A stretch of DNA of 64,000 nt from Felis catus. Its lineage: Eukaryota. Numbering within the stretch: position 1 is the stretch's first letter; each line of letters begins with the position of its first letter. The notes beneath the pieces were generated by a model. That model did not search any database, was not told where the DNA came from, and was given only the letters and a program-made list of their open reading frames with translations. Positions 1-12,500 of this stretch are shown here, in pieces. The translations under genes and the position numbers were made by a program. The stretch lies in assembly GCF_018350175.1 (NCBI RefSeq), contig NC_058375.1:4278001-4342000 (forward strand), read 5' to 3'.

Positions 1-35
1 TAGAAAAGCTCCTGCCCCTATGGACCACATCAGTA

Positions 36-185
36 TCAGTTTATTTTTCGATAGAGCTTAGGTTTTGGGTGTACTTTCTCTTCACGGGTCTCCTCGGTTT
101 CTCTTGCTCCAATTTTCTCTGATGCTCCAGGAAGTTTAGAATTATAATCTGTTGTGACGTAAGGTATTGTCCCTTCAAGCCCACG
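36..185 (-). CDS. NOL9: NOL9 exon 12 (last coding; 3'UTR runs off the window)
   Basis: tttcag|[15 protein letters not shown]...KLYRKIN-TGA. Confidence 0.93.
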   Translation of the reverse strand, partial: RGLEGTIPYVTTDYNSKLPGASEKIGARETEETREEKVHPKPKLYRKIN

Positions 186-3100
186 CTGAAACAGAAACAA
201 ACACAAGGAGGATGAGGGAAAGTCCCAAGTCCTGCCAGTCAGAATTTGTAGTGTTTCTTTTCTTTTCAGAAAATACTGTTAAAAGTGAGAGTCTGAGAAA
301 GGCCCTCACACTCCTAAGGCCTCTGGTCCCCCTCCCCCCAGACAGCTCCCTTGATGCAACTGGCCCAGTCACAAAGCTCACTGCCTTCTTTCTGTCCAAT
401 TCAACTCCACAAACACATTGACCGAGAGTAAGTGGGCGTGGGTGTGTTTCTCTCTCACACAAGTTAGGACAAGCAGCTAGGAGGGGTGGGACGTCCGTGG
501 CCTCCCCAGGCCGCCAGGCCTGGCAGTCTGGCTTTCAGGCCACCACACAGATGTCCTTGGCCAACACGACCTTCCCATCAATGTGCCCAAAGACTGTCCT
601 CAGGACGGGGTAACTCTGGAGAGATCACCTCTGCCCTCTTTTCCCACAAGCTACTTCTGGGATGATGGCTCTACCACTGGACCCCTGACCACAAATGGCG
701 GCAATTCATGGTCTTGGACCATGAGGCCACCCTGACACTCTATCTGCCTCATCCAGCTTCTACAACCAAGTGTGAGTTTCCCACACAATAACGTGTGTCC
801 ATGACTCTCTTCGCCATGGACACGACCAGCAACTTTCAGGGCTGCCCCTGGGAGTGTGAGTGCTCACCTGGCTCTTGAAGACACACTGCGGAATGGAAAT
901 GGCTCCGACCAATAGGCAATTCACATTTCTTAGCTCTTCTGGGGGCACAGGAGTGAGGATGTGGTACAGCCGCTTCTCCATGTCGATCCCTCTACAAATT
1001 CCTTGAAGACACACAAAACACTAAGATATCCTTTCTGGAAAATATTAAATCTCCCTACCACTGAGAATCAAAGAATGGCTTTTAAAATAAGAATTTCAGG
1101 GGGGACTGGGTGGCTCAATCGGTTAAGCATCTGACCTCAGGTCACGATCTCACGGTTCGTGGGTTCGAGCCCCACGTCAGGCTCTGTGCTGAAAGCTCAG
1201 AACCTGGATCTTGCTTCAGATTCTGTGTCTCCCTCTCTCTGCCCCTCCCCTGCTCATGTTCTGTCTCTCCCTCAAAAATAAATAAACATTAAAAAAATTT
1301 TTTTTAATAAAAAAAATAAAATTAATTTCCATTTCAACTGTGTTTTGCTTTGAAAATACAAAGTTCCAAGAGACAGGAGTATCTGACGACTCTTAGTCCC
1401 CTTCTCCTTGTTTAGCTGTGAGGAACCAAAGTGGTCCATATGCCAGAGTCCCGGACTGTCTTCAATAAGGCGCACACAGACCAGAGGGAGAAAAGCCACC
1501 ATGAGGAACAGACAGACGACACAATCTTTCCCCATCACCAATTCCTCCTTCAGGGTCGGTACCAGGTGACACAGTTTCTGTGGAAACACTTCTGCGGAGC
1601 AGTAGTATATGAAGCAAAAATTTGTGATTATTTAAGGGTTTTGCTAATTTCGGGTTACGTAAGTCCAGCACCCCTCTAGAATCATACCCTGACATTTATT
1701 GACCTCAGTGAGCCAGGCGGACAATCACATGAGGTAGGCCTGGCGAAGGAGGAAGGGCCCCAAAGCAGTACGAGGCCAATGGTCCTGGGCCCAGGTGATG
1801 GGGACCACCAGGATGTGACATGATCATGTCTGTCCTCAGACCACCCGACCGTGAAGTCCGGCACGGAAACGGTGGCCCAGACTCTTGGCAGAGTAAGAAG
1901 AAATGAGACGGACGGAGGAATCTGACGTCCCTGGGAAACGAGCTACCAAAACCTGCTAGCGGGTTGAATGTGGTGAGCAGAGGTGGACCCAGGGCAGGCA
2001 GACCCAGGGCAGGGTGAATCTTCCAAGGATTCTTCACAGGCCTGGGAACAGGAGAGGATGCCGGGTGGGAGGGGTTCTGGGGAGAACATTAGGACCTCAG
2101 TCATGGACCTAGGACTCAGATGCCAGTGAGATACCCAAGTGAAGACACACACTGCTAACGTGGGCTTGGAACTCAGACACACAGTCAGGCTACAGAGATC
2201 CAGTGAGATCAGCCTAAAGGTAGATCTAGGGTCCCAGCATGGGGACAGGTGGCCTAGGGAAAATGTGTCAAGTGAGAAGAAGGTCATGACCGGGCCCTCA
2301 AGAATCCTAGATGTAGAGCTGGCAGGAGAAGCAGAGAAAATGCTGCTTCCTTCCTGCCCACCAGCCCCCAGGCCCACTGTATAGAAGCCAGAGGCACTCT
2401 CTGATCACTCCAGCCGGGAGACTGATACAAGGTCAAGACCAGCCATTTACAGGCGGAGAAGGGGATCAATTTCAGTTGATATACAGACATGGTTTGCTCT
2501 CACTCACCAAATCCCAAGCAATCACAGATTGGAGTCTGGGCGAGCAGGATTGGTCCATTTGCGTACCCTCTAACATCATCTAGGATCTTGCAAAGACCAA
2601 CCCAGCTGGCATTCACAGCATACAATATATGGGTAGGAGCGACGTCAGCGTGAGTAATTCGGAGAGCAACTGCATTGAAAGGGACCTGGAAAACAAATGT
2701 GCATCTCCCTCAATTAATTCAACTGGAAAGATTACTTTTAATTTTTAAAAGTTGACTAACCAGCTATCTAAAGTTACGTTGGCCAGAGGCACCTGGGTGG
2801 CTCAGTCGGTTGAGCATCTGACTTTGGCTCAGGTCATGATCTTGCGGTTCGTGAGTTCAAGTCTCACATCAGGCTCGCTGCTGTCAGCACAGAGCCCGCT
2901 TTGGATCCTCTGTCCGCCCTCTCTCTGTCTCTCCCTTCTCTTACTTTCTCAAAAATAAATATTAAAAAGAAAGAAAAGAAAAGAAAAGAAAAGAAAAGAA
3001 AAGAAAAGAAAAGAAAAGAAAAGAAAAGAAAAGGAAGGAGGGAGGGAGATTAGTAAGTTAGTTATGTTGGCCAAAGTGCTTACCAAAAAGTATCTAAACA

Positions 3101-3493
3101 GAATGGAAACACTAACAAACATTGGCTAAATATTTAACACAGAGAAATTCAAAAGAAGTTCTTTGCCAGCCAACACTTGCTAGACACCTAAACTGATGTC
3201 TAGAACTTTCTTGTCTGAACAGACACACAAGACTCAAGCAAGTCTCAAGATAACCTGAATGGGGTGAAGTCTAGGGGGATTCCAAGACGCAAATGCAAGC
3301 GGGGTGAGCCTCCCCTTCTGACCACTGTGAAGACTCACTGCTTCCACATGACCGTCTTGGGAGGTTCGGCCCAGCCTCTGTTTTCCGCCTAAGATACCAA
3401 AACACGCAGCTCAAAAGTAGAAATGCTAGAGCTGGGCTCCCCAGCACCACCTCCAGGATGAGGCAGAACGTTTTTTTTTTTTTTATGTTTATT

Positions 3494-3531
<38 letters not shown>

Positions 3532-6500
3532 CGAGCACAAGTGTGTGCAGGGGAGAGGCAAAGAGAGAGAGAGAGAGAATATCCCAAGCAGGCTCTGTAC
3601 TGTCAGTGCAGAGCCTGATGAAGGGCTCGAACTCATGAACCTTGAGATCATGACCTGAGTCGAAATCCAGAGTCACTTAAATGACTGAGCCACCCAGGCA
3701 CCCCCAGGAAGAACGTTCTTAACCAGCACGAAGCACAGTCATGCCCAACACAGGGCAGCAGCTAAGAGCGTGGACTCTCAAGCTAGAGCTTTCAACCTCC
3801 CATCTGTAAACTGAGGCAGTTACAGAAGCCACAGAACAGGGCTGTTCTGGGGTAAGAGGCCAGAAGAACGCCCACCTCACAGGAAGCCATACAAGTGTTG
3901 GCTAAGTAAGCAAAGACAATTCCTCGTACAAGTTCAGGTTACCTGATAGGGTGTCAGACCATGTAAAGGATAAAGTGGTTTTGGCACCGGGGGCTGCAGC
4001 TGGCCGAGGTAACCCAGTACCGCCAGATCACGAAGAACTTTGTTATGCGACTCTCTGAAAAGTAAATCAGAACGAAGTAGAGATTTAACCTTACACATCC
4101 ACCTCCCACTCAGCAACACAGTACATCGGTCATTACACAGATTATACATACACGAGCACACACTCCCACCTTGACATTGGCACACCCTGCCTTTCTGTAA
4201 ACCCACTGGAAAAACATGACGCCTAAAGACTCGCCTTTAAATAAAGGCTCTTGGCAACCAGAGCTGGAGGCCGCTTCTGGCTATGGGTCTTCCTCAACCT
4301 ATGATGTGGTTTCATCCTCATACACCCACCGGAAGCTGAAAATATGGAAGGATGAAAACGCCTTTAAGACACCTCGCACACTGGGGCGACTGAGGGGCTC
4401 AGTCAGTTGAGCATCTGACTTGGCTCAGGTCATGATCTCAGGATTCATGGGTCCAAGCTCTGCATCGGGCTCTGTACTGACAGGTCAGACCCCAGAGCCT
4501 GCTTCGGATTGTGTGTCTCCCTACCTTTCTGCCCCTCCCCTGCTTGTACTCTGTCTCTCTCAAAAATAAGTAAATAAACTTAAAAAAAAAAAATTAAAAA
4601 AACTTTTTTAAAATTTTTAAATGTTTATTTTTGAGAGAAGGAGAGACAGAGCACGAGTAGGGGAGGGTCAGAGAGAGAGGGAGACACAGAATCCGAAGCA
4701 GGTTCCAGGCTCCCAGCTGTCAGCACAGAGCCCGATGCGGGGCTTGAACCCACGAACCGTGAGATCATGACCTGAGCCGAAGTTGGACACTTAACCGACT
4801 GAGCCGCCCAGGCACCCCTAAAATTTTTTTTTGGAAATCAAACCATCTTAAATCAGGGACTGTCTGTATTTCCATTGGGAAAATAATGGCTCAGAAAATA
4901 GCCGATTCTCCTTCATAAACACGTAGCTGTGGCAGAGATTTGAACATTCGTAGAGAACTTCTTCCCTTTAAGGAAATGCGAGCAGAGAGGCTTGTTACAC
5001 CGGACAGAACTCCATCCTCCACCCACGGTGGCTGACTCACCTGTTTCTTGGCGTTTTTCTAAATGCAAAGTCTGACTGGACGCAAATCAGCTTATGTCCG
5101 GTGAACACGACGGGACTCTCCTTTTCTTCATCGGCAAATTCCAAACTCTCTGTGAACTCCGCCAGCTGGAAACCTCTGTTCCGGATTCTGGACTTGCTCT
5201 TTGTGTACAGGCCGTCCGTGTCGTCCACATAGTCAGGAGTGAGGTTTGGCATGTACTTACTCCGCCCGGAACTGAACTGGACCACGTGGCTGGGAGACAG
5301 CAGCCGGATGAGATCGATGAGAAGCAGAAGCCCCTTGTCTGTGAGGAAGGGGACACGAGCAGTTGGCACACTAAAACGCAAGGACACGTTTCTACGAGAA
5401 AACGGTACATCTGTCTGCGACACAGAAAGATCAGTAAGAACGATTTCCTGAGAACGGGGCTTCAGCGTTACTGCCCGAAGCCAAAAGCTTACTCGTACCG
5501 CCCACCCTCTGCCGCGAGATGCGCCTCCGCAGGCTTACCTGACACCCAGCCCATCGTGTTGACGATGAGAGGGGCCTCTCTCTTGTAGGAGCTGAACACG
5601 TACTGTATTATCTCAATATAATTCTCATAGTTGTTTTTACAAGAAGGTTTCCCATAATATACCATTTTCTGCGGTGTCCTCTGGTGAGTAAAAGGTGGTC
5701 CTAGGAAGATAAAGGTGAGAGTTTGCAGGACTATTTAAAAAGAGGCGAGGGCTCCGTGTCGGCCATTGCCAGTGACAAAGATTCGCAAGAAGTTCAAGAT
5801 TATCTATCCTACTACTGGGAATAGCTGTATCTCGTTTTCAGAATTCTAAGCTTTCAGGGCGTCTGGGGGGCTCAGTCATTAAGGTCATGATCTCAGGGTT
5901 AGTGAGTTCAAGTCCCACATCAGGTGAACGCGAGCCCCACTTCTCTTTCTCTCCCTCTCTGCCCCTCGCTCACTTGTGCCTTCTTTCTCTCAAAAAAAAA
6001 AAAAAAAAATCTTAGCTTTAAATTTAATAAAGACATCTTCATGTTCTTTTAATGTTTATTTTTGAGAGAGACAGAGACAGAGTGGAAGTGGGGGAGGGGC
6101 AGAGCGAGAGGGAGACACAGAATCCGAAGCAGGCTCCAGGCTCCCAGCTGTCAGCACAGAGCCCGACAGGGGCTTGAACTCACGAACTGTGAGATCATGA
6201 CCTGAGCTGAAGTTGGATACTTACCCAAAGGAGCCACCCAGGCACGCCCCCTCATTGTCACATATAATTAATCCCAATTCTTATTATGTGCTAATATGGC
6301 CATTCATTTACTGAGCACCGACAAGACACTGATGCTCAGTGAGCCAAGTCAGTATCTTTCTAGATACTCAGGATACACGTGTGAACAAAACCATGTCCCC
6401 ATCCTCGGACAAGTAAGCAGCAATCACTCACTAGCATGTAGCACTTCCTATGCCCCATGTATTTCACAAGTAGTCTCTAATTGTCATAAAAATCCTGAGG

Positions 6501-9500
6501 TAGGTAGTATTACTACACCCATTTTTATAGAGGAGGACACAGATTAACTGACCAAGATCATACAGCTAGTAGATACCAACTGCACTTGAACTCAGATGAT
6601 TCANNNNNNNNNNNNNNNNNNNNNNNNNNNNNNNNNNNNNNNNNNNNNNNNNNNNNNNNNNNNNNNNNNNNNNNNNNNNNNNNNNNNNNNNNNNNNNNNN
6701 NNNNNNNNNNNNNNNNNNNNNNNNNNNNNNNNNNNNNNNNNNNNNNNNNNNNNNNNNNNNNNNNNGGCAGAGATAGAAGACAGAGAAACCCAACAAGTCT
6801 CCGTGCTGTCAACACAGCCCCACACAGGGCTCGAACCTATGAACTGCGAGATCATGACCTGAGCTGAAATCAAGAGTTGGACGCTTGCTTAACCAACTGA
6901 GCCACCCAGGTGCCCCCAGAGCAAACATTCCTAACTGTAGCACCAGTCTGTCAAAACTGACCTACTTCCCTTATCTGGCTGGTGACCAGGACCACATGGC
7001 ACCACAGTCAGCAGGGTGAGGGCCTTGGTTAATGTGGTTGGTGCCAGGCCACCTGGGACAGGGCTGGCAAGGCTCCCCTCAAAGGTGGAGTAAGGGGACT
7101 TGGGGCAGCCCACAGCTGAGGAAGTGGCCTGCATAGCAGAGGGATTGAACAAATACAAAGAGACTGAGTAAATATGTAAATACACTGACAACAATCACAG
7201 CCAGAGTTCTTATCATCAGATATGGAACTTATAAATACGAGAGGAGGAAGGCTAACTAGAATAAACCCAGGGTGTCAGACCAGAATCAGAATGACTGCAG
7301 TAAACTTGTGGCTCTTAATAAATAGAAAATATGTACACAGAAGTGTAAACGTAGTGTATATGTATGTACGAATACGTACGCACGTAATATACACGTATGG
7401 GTTAAAACGTGCATGTATTTCCTAGCTGTGTCCACCGAGGGGATCTACAAGCAGTGACACCCCAGAAGAAGTAACAAATAATACACCTAGTTACAGACAG
7501 AGTGGAATACCCTGGCAAACACTTATCTTAACCACATGATCAGAGGCAACCTCTCTGGTGACAGGGCCAACTGACAGCTTGCTGACATGATGCACTGAGA
7601 ACACAGCACCACACCTCAATCAAGCCATGAGGGGCACTCGACAGGTACTCTTCCAAATTGCCAAGGTCATGAACGATAAGGAAAGCTGGAGGAACTGCTC
7701 CAGACCGAGGACTAAAGATCTGCAAATATACGCTGGGCTGGGGCAGGCAGCTGGATGATGGACGAGGGACAGCACTCCAGCAGTTCAGCTGCTCTGATTT
7801 GGTGGCTGCATTAGGATTATATAGCGGAGTGTCCTTGTTTGGGGAAACACCTACTGAAATATTAAGGGGTAAAAAAGAAAAGTAAATGCACTGGGGAAAA
7901 CATAAAAGAAACAAAGGAACAATGAAACCAGCTAAAGAGCAAAGTCCAAACAATTAGTTTTGATAAAACTGTAAAAGCAACGTGAATGCTCTACTTATTC
8001 TCATTGTCAAAAAGTCTGTTAAATCTAGAACATATCCAGCAACGTGATATATCATCTGCTTCTCTTAAAAGTCAACTAAACAGGGATGCCTGGCTGGCTC
8101 AGTCAATAGAGAGTGAAACTCTTGATCTCAGGATTACCAGTTCAAACCCCACATGGGGTACAGAGATTACTTTAAAACTCAAATCTTAAACCTGTTAAAA
8201 GTCAACTAAACAGGGGTGCCTGGGTGTCTCAGTCAGTTAAGCGTCTGACTTTTGATTTCAGCTCAGGTCATGATGTCAAAGTTCATGGGATCAAGCTCCA
8301 TGTTGGGCTCCATGCTTGGAGACTGCTTGGGATTCTCTCTCTCTCTGCCTCCTCCCTTGCTCATGTGCATGCTCTCTCTCTCTCTCTCAAAATAAATAAA
8401 CTTAAAAAAACATTTTTTAAATAAATAAATAAAATTTAAAAGTCAACCAAACAAAAATCACACAACTATCTTGACAGACACAGAAAAAGCACTTGACGAA
8501 AACCTAACGCCCTTTCACGACAACAAACATTCCACACGCTAGGAAAAGAAGGCAGCTTCTTCACCCTGAAGAAGGAACGCAACTGACAGTGAAAACCCAC
8601 AGCTGACAGCATGGACAGCATGGTGAAGCGCATTCCCTCTAAGATGAGGAATAAGAAATGTTTCCTCCTATTCAACACTGTACTGGAGGTCCTAGCCTTT
8701 TCTTAGACAGGAAAAAGGAATTGAAGGCATCCAAGCTGGAAGGAAGACGTAAAACTATTTCTATCCGCAGATGACGATCTTCTATCTAGAAAATCCAAAG
8801 AAATCCGTAGGAAACCTACTGGAGGTAATATGGGAATTCAGCAAAGTTGCAGGGTACGTGGTCAACACACAAAAATCACGTGTGTTTCAATATACCAGTA
8901 GTGAAGAATCTGGAAAGGAAATTAGGAAAGCAATTCCACTTACAGTATTTGCTAGAAGAATCCAATCCTTAGGAACAAATCTAACCAAGGAAGTGAAAGA
9001 CTTCTACACTGAAAATCACAAAATTTTGCTGAAAGAAATTAAAGAGCTAAAAATTGGAAAGGCACCCTGTGTTCATAAGAAGACTGATCATTGGGGCCTC
9101 TGGGTGGCTCAGTCAGTTAAGCGTCCGACTTCGGCTCAGGTCATAATCTCACAGTTTGTAGTTCTGAGCCCCGTGTTGGGCTTTGCACCGACAGCTCAGA
9201 GCCTGGAGCCTGCTTCGGATTCTGTGTCTCCCTTTCTCTCTGCCCCTTCCCCACTTATATTCTCTCCACCCCCTCCCCCCCCCCCAAATAAATGAATAAA
9301 TCTTTTAAAATCAGCAAAAAGAAAAAAAAATTATGCTTAGTGAAAAAAAACAGTCACCCAAGGACAGATATTGTTAAGGTCTTGCCTACAGGAGGGGCTT
9401 GGAGTAGGTGAACTCACAGGGACAGAAAGCAAAACAGAGGTCACCAGGAGCAGGAAGGAGGACAGGTGCTATTTAACAGGGACAGCATTTCAGTTTGGGA

Positions 9501-12500
9501 TGACGAAAAAATTCTGGATGTAGGTGGTGATGGCTACGGAACACTGTGAAAGTACTTAACGTCACTGAACTGTAAGCCTATCAGTGGTTAAAACAGTAAA
9601 TAGTATCACATTTTGTATGTTTTACCATTAAAAAAAAGCAACATGGGATTCTGGGTTGGATTCTGAACCATAAAAAGGATGTTAGTAGGACAACTGATGG
9701 ATTTTGATTAAAATCTGTAGTTAACAGTACTGTGTCAATGTAATTTCTAGGTTTAAATCATTATATATGGTTACATAAAGTGTAAATACTATAGGAAGGT
9801 ATGTTTCTGATTTACACACAACAAAGTGGGTATTAGTTCCATTTACCAAAATGGAACTCTAGAAAATTACCATAGTTTTGTTTTTTGGAAGCTAGGAGAA
9901 CTGTTATAAGAAGACCAGGAGTTTGGGTGGAAGGGGGAATATTCACTTTTACCCTTTTTTTTTTTCATATTTATACTTTTTATTTTTTTAGTTTTTTCTA
10001 TCATTATGTTTGAGTTTTATAAAACCAAGACATTTAAGAAATATACAACACACTTTCTCGCTAATATAAACAAACATTAAAAAAAGGGGGGGGAGGCTGG
10101 GTGGCTCAGTCGGTGAAGCATCCTACGTTAGCTCAGGTCATTATCTCATAGCTCGTGAGTTCAAGCCCTTTGTTGGGTTCGTGCCGACAGCTCAAAGCCT
10201 GGAGCCTATTTCAGATTCTGTGTCTCCCTCTCTCTCTGCCCCTCCCCTGTTTGTGTTCAGTCTCTCTCTCAAATACAAATAAACATTAAAAAAAAAAAAA
10301 AGAAAGAAACGTGTAATACATACCTAGAATTGGTTCTGTAATATTAAGTAAGGAAATGCAACCTGGAGGCGTAAATTCTGTCTGTCCCAGGTCACATTCC
10401 AAATAGTCAACACAGGAAATACTGAAAATTTGAAAGGAATAAAGAAAACCTTAGCTAGCTTTACTATGTCAAATGAATACATAAGATCTCATAGATTTTA
10501 TGCAACACACAGGCATAATCCACCCTTTTAGAGTCTTTTAGGTTGGATGCTCCAAACATGACAATCAACGAAAAGAAAATGTGCAGGCACAGTCACAGTA
10601 TCCACTCACAATATGGATACAACTTGGTACTACCTAAAATTTTACTTTCAAAATACAACAGAATTTCCCCCTACTCTGAACCTCTGGGTATGGACAAATA
10701 CAGAATCTAAGACAGGCAGCCCCTCTTGCCCCCTCGCTGATAAGCAAGGTCAGTCACTGTCTCGCTCCCAAACACAGCAGAACAGCGACGGTCATCGCTC
10801 AGCTGAGCGGCTTTGCACAGACTTGTAGACAATCTCTACTTAGACGTCAAGATGCGTTCCTGTCTAGTTTCTTAAGTCAAAAATCCTATTTCATGCCCCA
10901 AATCTAATAACGTGTCTAAACAAAAAAAAATTAAGAAAGAAACAAAAAATAAAAACAAAAAAAAAACCCCACTCTTACCTATTTAGCAACTGGTTAATCA
11001 GGTATCTATTAAATGTTGACTTTCCAACGTCCTGAGAGCCACAAACCAGAATGACAGGGCAGCCGTCTACTTCTTCTGGAGGCAAAAGAAACATTGACGC
11101 CTAGGATTAGCCACCTTCTTTAGGGCTCTAATCGCAAATCATAACCCTCTGAGGCTCTGGTGGACGAACACTCCGTTTATCCCTATGCGCCACTCACCAC
11201 AGGACACAGCGACTAGCTCTTCCATGGCAGACAGGGCACTCTCAGTTAAACGAAGGCCGTTCTTCTTCTTCTCTCTTTTGATGCCAACAGACCTCAGGGC
11301 TAAATGTTCAGAGTTAATCTGGAAGGTTGGGCTCTGAAATTAACAATGCAAGCTTTAAGAAAAGATGAACACAGTGCACATTTCTTCGTCTAGTTCTAGG
11401 CTAGTAAACCTCAAACAGTTGTGAGCTACAGAAGATAAACCTGGCCCCTCCTTTCTCTCACGCCCAAAGCCAACTCTTCCGTAATGCTCGTCAGCTGTCC
11501 CTGCAGTCACCCCTACCTGTCCTCCTAGCTCACACATACTTCCAGGCTGCCGTCACCTCTGCAGGAGGCCCTCCCAGGAAAGGAAAACCTGTGCAAATAT
11601 AAAAGTGATTGCCCCAAGAACAATTCAACAGAAGACCACAGCTGTCCAACAGGTTGGTGATTTAGAGTAACATCAAGGCGGTCTCCAAAAACATAAAGTA
11701 AAAAGACAAAGAACACGCACAGAGCTGAGAGCACGCGGAAGACAGGCCCGCTAACCCACTGGCGCTCCAGCGGAAGTAACAGGAAACCACGGAAGCAACC
11801 CACAGCATCAAGAGCAGACCCTTGCAGACGCAGGTGGGGTTCAGAGGGAATAAGGCCTCTGGGGTGAAGGTGAAGAAGATCAAGGAAGAGCTCCCCATGC
11901 ATGATCATATCCTCGTGCAATTCATCACCCCCAAGATAAAGACATCGTAGAAGGCACGAGAATCAGTCTGGTGTGTGACTTCCTATCAGCAACTCTGAAT
12001 TCTAGAGAACAATGGAGCAAGGCCTCCAAGGTTTTGAGGAAAAGACTCTATACTCTGCTCAACTATCAGTCACGGAGAGCAAAATAAGAGTAACTCCGGG
12101 GGAGAAAAAAAAAAGAACATCTTATGAGATCATATAAAGTTCACCATCTGCCGGATATGAAGAAATAAGGCTAGAATGTAGTAACACACACTGGGGGAGG
12201 AAAGTTACCCAAGAAAGAGCATGAGGAATATAAACGGTGGTGGTGAAGTCCCAGAAAAAAATAAATAAATAAAGTTAAAAATAAATGGAAAAAAAAAAAA
12301 TCAAGGCGTTTAGAATCTTCGCTTACAAGAAGCAAAGCTCGGTAACACGGGGCCTCCACCTCCTTCTCCACGGTCCTCACCAAGCTACTGGGTTCTGCAC
12401 TAGATTAAACTGATGCAACCACAACAGTGCATTCGCTGTCCTGCCCCCATTTCATACCTTCTGTCACTCAAACCTCCAACACCTACTTACTAGCTCTGCT

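Noticed and set aside
8771-9295. 174-aa ORF with reverse-transcriptase-like sequence
   Set aside because: Decayed L1 ORF2 fragment fused by chance to a SINE; frameshifted upstream.
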